A stretch of DNA of 64,000 nt. Origin: Candidatus Pacearchaeota archaeon (GTDB taxonomy: Archaea > Nanobdellota > Nanobdellia > Pacearchaeales > GW2011-AR1). Of this stretch, positions 58,362-64,000 are shown one piece after another. The position numbers and the translations under genes were made by a program. Under the pieces are notes generated by a model. It made no database searches. It saw only the letters and a program-made list of their open reading frames with translations, and was not told where the DNA came from. The stretch covers positions 16,072 through 80,071 of the forward strand of contig VGKT01000002.1 of the NCBI GenBank assembly GCA_016866955.1. Reading direction: 5' to 3'. Numbering within the stretch: position 1 is the stretch's first letter; every line of letters begins with the position of its first letter.

Positions 58362-58715
58362 CTAAACTTTCGTGAAAAATCGTATCCCGTCTCCATCCTT
58401 TCGCGGAATCAAATGTAAATGTGCATGCGGTACCACTTGCCCCGCAGGTTCTAAATTATTCATTATCACGTTAAACCCATCTCCAAGTTTCTTATCAAGC
58501 AACGAAGAAGCAACTGCTTTCGTAAAGGTCAAAAGTTCAGAACCCCAATTGTCAGGCAAATCAAATAATGTAACAAAATGTTGTTTAGGAATAATCAACA
58601 CATGTCCTGGAGCAACAGGATGTGCATCTTTCAAAGCAATAAATCGATCACTCACTCGTATAACCTCTCCTTTTACTTCCCCAGCAATAATCTTACAAAA
58701 AATACACGAATTCAT
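58362..58715 (-). CDS. HIT-family (histidine triad) hydrolase
   Basis: CIFCKI and HAHLHLIP (HxHxHxx) motifs. Confidence 0.85.
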   Translation of the reverse strand: MNSCIFCKIIAGEVKGEVIRVSDRFIALKDAHPVAPGHVLIIPKQHFVTLFDLPDNWGSELLTFTKAVASSLLDKKLGDGFNVIMNNLEPAGQVVPHAHLHLIPRKDGDGIRFFTKV

Positions 58716-59524
58716 TATTTCTCATCACTTAATGCACTATAAAAAGATTCACGCAATACCTGACGATTTGTCTCTGCACGTGAATTTCCTGCAAATACTC
58801 CTTCCCACCATCCTTTTTCTTCAGGTTGTCCAACCAATGACGCAGCCAATTTAGCAATTTCCTTACTAAAACTACTTCTCGAAGCATATACACTCATAGG
58901 AATACGTGTAAAAGTTGCACCTACATGTTTCTTATCATCAGGTAATTGAGCAACCACTGGAATATCGGTTGCAAGTTCAATATCGCTTAAACTCAACTCA
59001 TATTTTGAATCTCGCAATTTATTTAACACAATGCCTGCAATCGGCTTTCCTCGCTGTTTCGCCACTTGTGCTGCACGCAACGTACTCGACAAGGTGGGAT
59101 AATCAGGGGTTGAAACTACAAACAAGGCATCACTTGCAATAATCGCAGATAACGTCTCATCATTCAAATGAGGTGAAGAATCTAATACAACAAAATCATA
59201 TTCTTCCTTAATTCCTGCAAGTCGATCTTTCAATTTAAACGCAGGAATTGCTCGACCATAACTTTGATGCCCAGGAATAACATCAACTCCATATCTCGTA
59301 TGAACCGCACTAATTGGTCTAGCCTTTCCATCTAACACTTCATGTATCGTTTTATGTGGTTCAAGAATATCCATATGGTGTCCTACATGCGGAGTCGTAT
59401 AATTCGCATCCACTAACAACACTTTTTTTCCATATTCTTGCGCAAGTGTTGTTGCAAGTGAAGCAGCAACAGTAGTTTTACCCACCCCTCCTTTAATTGA
59501 AATCACCCCTATGGTTGTACCCAT
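58715..59524 (-). CDS. ParA/MinD-family ATPase
   Basis: Deviant Walker A ISIKGGVGKTT. Overlaps the HIT gene start by 1 nt. Confidence 0.85.
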   Translation of the reverse strand: MGTTIGVISIKGGVGKTTVAASLATTLAQEYGKKVLLVDANYTTPHVGHHMDILEPHKTIHEVLDGKARPISAVHTRYGVDVIPGHQSYGRAIPAFKLKDRLAGIKEEYDFVVLDSSPHLNDETLSAIIASDALFVVSTPDYPTLSSTLRAAQVAKQRGKPIAGIVLNKLRDSKYELSLSDIELATDIPVVAQLPDDKKHVGATFTRIPMSVYASRSSFSKEIAKLAASLVGQPEEKGWWEGVFAGNSRAETNRQVLRESFYSALSDEK

Positions 59525-59606
59525 AGACTGCAGTATCTATGTTTGTTTATAAATATAAGTAAAAAAATAGGTATCTTTATAACACGACCAAAGAACAAAG
59601 TAGCAA

Positions 59607-59677
59607 GGGCCCATAGTTCAGTGGTAGAACGCCTGGCTGGCAGTCAGGAGGTGTGAGTTCGATTCTCGCTGGGTCCA
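59607..59677 (+). tRNA. tRNA-Ala (anticodon GGC)
   Basis: Hand-folded. G3:U70 pair in the acceptor stem (GGGCCCA / TGGGTCC). Anticodon loop CTGGCAG. Confidence 0.85.
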
Positions 59678-59680
59678 GAT

Positions 59681-60460
59681 TTATTCCACAAACAACAAAC
59701 TCGCCATCACTGCAATACCTAAGATAAAGGCAAGCACTTGTCCTAAGGAACGGCGAGTAGTAGCATCTTTATGTAATTCAGGAATTAAATCAGCAGTCGC
59801 AATGTAAATAAATCCACCTGCAGCAAGAGGAAGCAACCAATGTACCAATCCTTCAATACGTCCTGCAACCAAAAGGGTGACAATCGCGCCCACCACTGCA
59901 GCCAATGCAGTCAAGAAATTCAACCACAACGCTCGTTTACGCGTAAATCCTCCATGAAGTAATACCCCGAAGTCTCCAATTTCTTGCGGAATCTCGTGAA
60001 GCATCACGGCAAGCGCGGTTGCAATACCGGTATGCCAATTTACTAAGAATGCTCCTGCAATCAATACTCCATCCAAGAAATTATGTAAAGCATCTCCAAT
60101 CAAATTAGTATAGGCAAAAGCGTGTACATGTTCTTTCTCATCAATGGGCATATGACAATGTCGCCAATGAATTACTTTTTCCAATAAAAAGAACAACACC
60201 ATTCCTCCCAATACGCCCAAACTAATGCGCATAACAAATCCTCCTGCTTCTTCAACGGCTTCAGGTAACAAATGTAAGAATACGTCTCCCAACAGTGCTC
60301 CAGCAGCGAAACTAATCAAATAAATAACCACGGTCTTCAATTTCTTTAATTGTACTCCAAAAGTAGCAAGGCCTACAAATGAGAGTAAACTCACAACAAA
60401 CACAGACAACAACGACCAAAACCAAATATCGTACATAGGAGAATATACCAGAAGTAACAC
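59681..60460 (-). CDS. zupT: ZIP-family divalent metal transporter
   Basis: HEIPQEIGDFGVLL and His-rich TM motifs. Confidence 0.85.
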   Translation of the reverse strand: MLLLVYSPMYDIWFWSLLSVFVVSLLSFVGLATFGVQLKKLKTVVIYLISFAAGALLGDVFLHLLPEAVEEAGGFVMRISLGVLGGMVLFFLLEKVIHWRHCHMPIDEKEHVHAFAYTNLIGDALHNFLDGVLIAGAFLVNWHTGIATALAVMLHEIPQEIGDFGVLLHGGFTRKRALWLNFLTALAAVVGAIVTLLVAGRIEGLVHWLLPLAAGGFIYIATADLIPELHKDATTRRSLGQVLAFILGIAVMASLLFVE

Positions 60461-60637
60461 TTAAATCTTACTTCACTCGCAATCCCCGAGGATTACTCAT
60501 ACGCACCACTTACATATAGACAAGCACCATCACCAGAGCCATAATACCTACAAAGGCAAAGCCAAACGGCCAGAACAACCACCCCCTTCCTCCATCCCAC
60601 ATCATGAGAACAAATAATAAAAAGAGTGTATATATAA

Positions 60638-62110
60638 CTACTTCACGCGTGTTTCAACGTTCTTTCCCAGCGTAACAAGTTTTTCTCCCCGTATCACCTT
60701 TCGTACTACTTCAACTACTCCTCCCAATTCTACAACCACTTGCTTGGTACTATCTCTATCACGAATCGTAACGTTGTCTGTTTTCTCACTCTCAGGATCA
60801 ATCGTGATACACAAAGGGGTACCACTTTCATCCTGTCGCGCATAGCGTTTCCCAATACTTCCCGATTCATCATACACAACCCCCCATCCTTCTGCACGTA
60901 ATTCCTTAACTAAGGCACGAGCAATCTTCTCTTCTTTCCCTTTACCAGTTAAAGGAAATACTGCAACCTGAGCAGGAGCAAGATAAGCAGGAAGATGTAA
61001 AATAACGTTATCGCGTTTCACATCATGTTCATACGCATTGCATAACAAAGCCATCACAATTCTATCCATACCGAACGTTGGTTCAATAACACGGGGCACC
61101 ACTTTCTGTTTTGTCTTTTCATCAAATACTTCTAATTTTTGCTTTGAGAACTGCACATGTTGTCCTAAATCATACTGTCCTCTATTTGCATTCCCTCCGA
61201 CTTCGTTACTCCCAAACGGATATTCAAAGTCTAAATCAAACGTAGCAGAAGAATAATGACTTAATTCTGTTTTCATATGTTCTCGAATCTTGATCTTCTC
61301 AGCAAGCCCTAACGAATCAAACCAAAGCAGTTGCTCAGCTAACCAATACGCATGCCACTCATCCAATCTTCCTTCTTTCACCATTGCACCAATTGTAGTT
61401 TCTTTCAAGGTTTCCTTCCCCTTTACTTGAGTCTCAGCATCCAATAAACGTACCTTCACTTTCTTATGTCCAGCATCAAGCAACGCACAGGTCTTCTCAT
61501 CAGGATGTATAAAGAATTCAAATTCTCCAATTGTAAATTCACGGCATCTAAAAATAAAATCACGCGGAGCAATTTCATTCCGGAAACACCGCCCCACTTG
61601 TGCAATACCAAAGGGCAATTGCTTTCGAGCAGTTTCTTGCACCAACTTGAAATCCATAAACATCGCTTGTGCCGTTTCTCCACGTAAATAAGCTTCCGTA
61701 GGTTTCAACGCCCCCACATTCGTTTTAAACATAAGGCTAAACTCTCCTTGTACCTCATACTTCCCACCACAGGCAGAACAGTTCACTTTCCCCACTTCAC
61801 TCTTATCCAACTTAGTTGCTTGCTTACATTTAGTACATACAACCGCCACATCTGAAAAAGAGGCAACATGTCCTGAAGCTTGCCAAGTAGTAGGATGACT
61901 AATCACACTTGCTTCAATACCAGCCATATCATCCCGAGCAACAAACCATTTCCAAAAGTCTCGCTTTACGTTTTGAAATAATTCAACCCCTAATGGTCCA
62001 TAATCCCAAAAGCCTGAGAATCCTCCATAGATATCACTTGAGCGAAAGATAAATCCCTTCCGCTTGCAAAACTGTGCAAGCTCATCAATCGTCAAAGCAG
62101 AACTAACCAT
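60638..62110 (-). CDS. glyS: glycyl-tRNA synthetase (archaeal/eukaryotic alpha2 type)
   Basis: FRSSDIYGGFSGFWDYGPLG N-terminal signature. Class II motifs. Confidence 0.9.
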   Translation of the reverse strand: MVSSALTIDELAQFCKRKGFIFRSSDIYGGFSGFWDYGPLGVELFQNVKRDFWKWFVARDDMAGIEASVISHPTTWQASGHVASFSDVAVVCTKCKQATKLDKSEVGKVNCSACGGKYEVQGEFSLMFKTNVGALKPTEAYLRGETAQAMFMDFKLVQETARKQLPFGIAQVGRCFRNEIAPRDFIFRCREFTIGEFEFFIHPDEKTCALLDAGHKKVKVRLLDAETQVKGKETLKETTIGAMVKEGRLDEWHAYWLAEQLLWFDSLGLAEKIKIREHMKTELSHYSSATFDLDFEYPFGSNEVGGNANRGQYDLGQHVQFSKQKLEVFDEKTKQKVVPRVIEPTFGMDRIVMALLCNAYEHDVKRDNVILHLPAYLAPAQVAVFPLTGKGKEEKIARALVKELRAEGWGVVYDESGSIGKRYARQDESGTPLCITIDPESEKTDNVTIRDRDSTKQVVVELGGVVEVVRKVIRGEKLVTLGKNVETRVK

Positions 62111-62160
62111 AGCAAGCTATGTTATTACAAGGTATATAAAGGATACTAAATAAGAAGACA

Positions 62161-62289
62161 TTATTTCAAACCGCCCATTCTACAGACCGTAGTACTGCAG
62201 CTTAGACATTTACCTTTTGCAATTTTAGTGCCTTTTGAAGTCTTAGATTCAACAGGATTCTTTATGTCAACCTTCTTCTTACACTTCAC
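62161..62289 (-). CDS. small zinc-ribbon-like protein, tandem paralog of 62371-62565 (42 aa, GTG start, not in the ORF track)
   Basis: VKCKKKVDIKNPVESKTSKGTKIAKGKCLSCSTTVCRMGGLK aligns with KAKKKVKIKDPVIEKTARGGFIAKGKCPETGITVCAMMS of the neighbour. Confidence 0.35.
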   Translation of the reverse strand: MKCKKKVDIKNPVESKTSKGTKIAKGKCLSCSTTVCRMGGLK

Positions 62290-62370
62290 TAAATATCAAT
62301 CTAAAAAATAAAAAATGATTCCTCCCCCACTCCCTAGGGTAGAGGATCATTTGAGTATAATTAATTAAAA

Positions 62371-62565
62371 TTAAAATCCTTTTTTAGCTTCGCCAGCCTT
62401 TATAGCAGCGTTTGCTTTATCTTCAGACATCATCGCACAAACGGTGATTCCAGTTTCAGGGCACTTTCCTTTAGCGATAAATCCGCCTCTGGCAGTTTTT
62501 TCTATAACTGGGTCTTTGATCTTTACTTTCTTTTTTGCTTTGACGCTATATCCTTCAATTGCCAT
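62371..62565 (-). CDS. small basic protein, degenerate zinc-ribbon-like
   Basis: MAIEGYSVKAKKKVKIKDPV... GGAGGT 6 nt upstream of this ATG. The ORF-track start at 62583 is probably too long. Confidence 0.5.
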   Translation of the reverse strand: MAIEGYSVKAKKKVKIKDPVIEKTARGGFIAKGKCPETGITVCAMMSEDKANAAIKAGEAKKGF

Positions 62566-62655
62566 TTTAACCTCCATAAACAAAAAGGGGAAATGCTCCT
62601 TTTAAACCCTTCCAAGAACAAACAAGCTTAAAAACCAAGTCAAAGATCAAAGTCT

Positions 62656-63339
62656 ATGTCTTCCTATCACTTCTGGAAATATCAGGTAATTACTCATAAT
62701 CCTCGTCATTTTTTAGATGTACGCAAACCAACTTCAAGTGAAAGGGACGAAATCGCAGAGGTCTTTAAAAAACTTCCCTTCTTACTAGGCACCAATAAAT
62801 GGTCATTAACCGGAGGACTAACAATCCCCGCTTCAACAGGAAACATACTTCGATGCCATGGAGATATTGATATCGGAGTCAAGGTAGAAGATATGGAAGA
62901 AGTAAGTGGGCGAATACTCTCGAAAGGATATGGATTATACACTCGAGTATTTATGGGTCACAGTTCAAGAAAAGAAAAAGTAGATATTTATGAAGCAATT
63001 GATCCAAAACAAGCAAGAATAAAAAAGAACGTACGATTTGTACGAATAGATGATCGGCACAAAATAGTTCGTCATGGGTACCTTTTAGATTATATGGATG
63101 TCTATTTATGCGAAGAACAAGGAGAAATGATACGTTGTCTTGAAGATGGATTTACAGCACCCAAAGAATGGCACGTCGGAGGAATGTATCAAGGTCAATG
63201 CCCCGAACAATCGTTCCCTCTGAGAGATTTACAATACATTAAAGCAATAAAAGAAAGAATAATAGCGCGAGGAAAGGAGCGAAGAAGAGAAAAAGACGTG
63301 TTTGACGACGAAACGCTAAAAAGCCTACTCGGAAGATAA
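62656..63339 (+). CDS. hypothetical protein with possible nucleotidyltransferase-fold signature
   Basis: TGGLTIPASTGNILRCHGDIDIGV resembles a G[GS]...DxD NTase motif. Otherwise unassigned. Confidence 0.4.
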   Translation: MSSYHFWKYQVITHNPRHFLDVRKPTSSERDEIAEVFKKLPFLLGTNKWSLTGGLTIPASTGNILRCHGDIDIGVKVEDMEEVSGRILSKGYGLYTRVFMGHSSRKEKVDIYEAIDPKQARIKKNVRFVRIDDRHKIVRHGYLLDYMDVYLCEEQGEMIRCLEDGFTAPKEWHVGGMYQGQCPEQSFPLRDLQYIKAIKERIIARGKERRREKDVFDDETLKSLLGR

Positions 63340-63359
63340 GGATATCCCTGCTAGTAAGA

Positions 63360-63432
63360 AAGCGCACGCCCGGATTTGAACCGGGGAAAAGTCGCTCTGC
63401 AGGCGACCGCAGTAACCGCTGTGCCACGTGCG
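63360..63432 (-). tRNA. tRNA-Cys (anticodon GCA)
   Basis: Hand-folded. GCGCACG acceptor, anticodon stem-loop GTCGC-CTGCAGA-GCGAC, T-arm CCCGG-TTCAAAT-CCGGG, U73 discriminator. Confidence 0.75.
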
Positions 63433-63488
63433 CATCTCTGTTTGGTGTTTCTGAGTTCTTTTAAAGATATGGTTAAAGAAGATACATA

Positions 63489-63563
63489 CGCTCCCGACAG
63501 GATTTGAACCTGCGACCTGCGGATTAGAAGTCCGCTGCTCTATCCAAGCTGAGCTACGGGAGC
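63489..63563 (-). tRNA. tRNA-Arg (anticodon TCT)
   Basis: Hand-folded. GCTCCCG-TA-GCTC-AGCTTGGATA-GAGC-A-GCGGA-CTTCTAA-TCCGC-AGGTC-GCAGG-TTCAAAT-CCTGT-CGGGAGC-G. Confidence 0.85.
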
Positions 63564-63681
63564 TTAACAAGAGGACAAAGAGACGAGCTTTAAACGTTTC
63601 GAAAAAAGAATATCTTATACGATCTATAAAAATGCACTGTTTTTTAAAAAGATAATTAAAGGAAGAAAATAATACTTCTAA

Positions 63682-64000
63682 ATGAAAATAACGCTGGGTG
63701 CAAATCTTATTGGAGTAAAAGACATTCTTAAAGCAAAAAAATGGTACGCACAAGTATTCGGTATGAAAACAGTTGAATGTCGTCCTCCTGAATTTTTAGA
63801 AATGACGTTGGGCAAAAATACCTTTTATATTGAAACAAAAAATCCAAAACGAGCAAAAGGATTTGAAGAAGAATTTAGAGTAGGGGAACGCTCCTCAGCG
63901 ATCATTGTAGTTTCAGATATGCACGCATTCATAAAAAAGTGCAAAAAATTAAAAGTGACAATCATTGTTCAACCAGTTCAACAGTTTTGGGGAGGATGGA
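63682..64000 (+). CDS. VOC/glyoxalase-family protein (3' partial at window edge)
   Basis: MKITLGANLIGVKDILKAKKWYAQVFGMKTVECRPPEFLEMTLGKNTFYIETKNPKRAKG... has glyoxalase-like beta-alpha-beta-beta-beta composition. Runs off the window. Confidence 0.5.
   Translation, partial: MKITLGANLIGVKDILKAKKWYAQVFGMKTVECRPPEFLEMTLGKNTFYIETKNPKRAKGFEEEFRVGERSSAIIVVSDMHAFIKKCKKLKVTIIVQPVQQFWGGW

Noticed and set aside
63325-63753. 142-aa minus-strand ORF
   Set aside because: Entirely overlaps two well-folded tRNA genes (Cys-GCA and Arg-TCT) and an intergenic region. Spurious.

Overview
This 64 kb window looks like part of a small archaeal genome, probably a DPANN-type episymbiont. GC content is moderate with several distinctly AT-rich islands. 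Archaeal core machinery is present throughout the window.

Among the core genes, the transcription factors are TBP, TFE-alpha, RpoL, aIF-1A and S17e. Genes for tRNA processing and translation include the tRNA-splicing endonuclease EndA, deoxyhypusine synthase and GatD/GatE/GatB. Replication and repair genes are an ATP-dependent DNA ligase, RadB and ScpB. The aminoacyl-tRNA synthetases are Asp, Pro, Ala, Leu and Gly. There are five tRNA genes, one of which, Arg-TCG, carries a roughly 82-nt intron.

Most genes are densely packed on the minus strand. They appear to be transcribed from leaderless promoters with a TATA box about 22-26 bp upstream of the ATG.

The accessory content includes:
- A 2531-aa secreted giant protein (23172-30767) with six Kazal-like modules, a discoidin domain, a DUF4214 module, a dockerin-like Ca site and Gly/Asp repeats.
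- A second, 714-aa secreted protein that shares a domain with the giant protein. It carries an exact 240-bp tandem duplication and a 12-nt NTSV repeat. A (GA)10 microsatellite lies exactly between its TATA box and leaderless start codon, which makes it a candidate phase-variation switch.
- Two secreted paralogs (137 aa and 419 aa) whose N-terminal ~115 nt are near-identical at the DNA level.
- A Fic (AMPylase) gene wedged between gatE and gatD.
- A near-identical 18-nt promoter element shared by the dispersed gatE, gatD and gatB genes.
- An AT-rich cassette of small ORF, minimal nucleotidyltransferase and metallophosphoesterase, with a second convergent metallophosphoesterase.
- An AT-rich five-gene glycosylation island (GT-C-like membrane protein, DPM1-like GT2-GtrA fusion, QxxRW processive GT2).
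- An AlaRS with an in-frame, AT-rich HAD-like domain insertion of about 140 aa.
- An acylphosphatase-UppS fusion.
- Several unlisted small zinc-ribbon and membrane ORFs.

No rRNA, CRISPR array or obvious transposase was seen.
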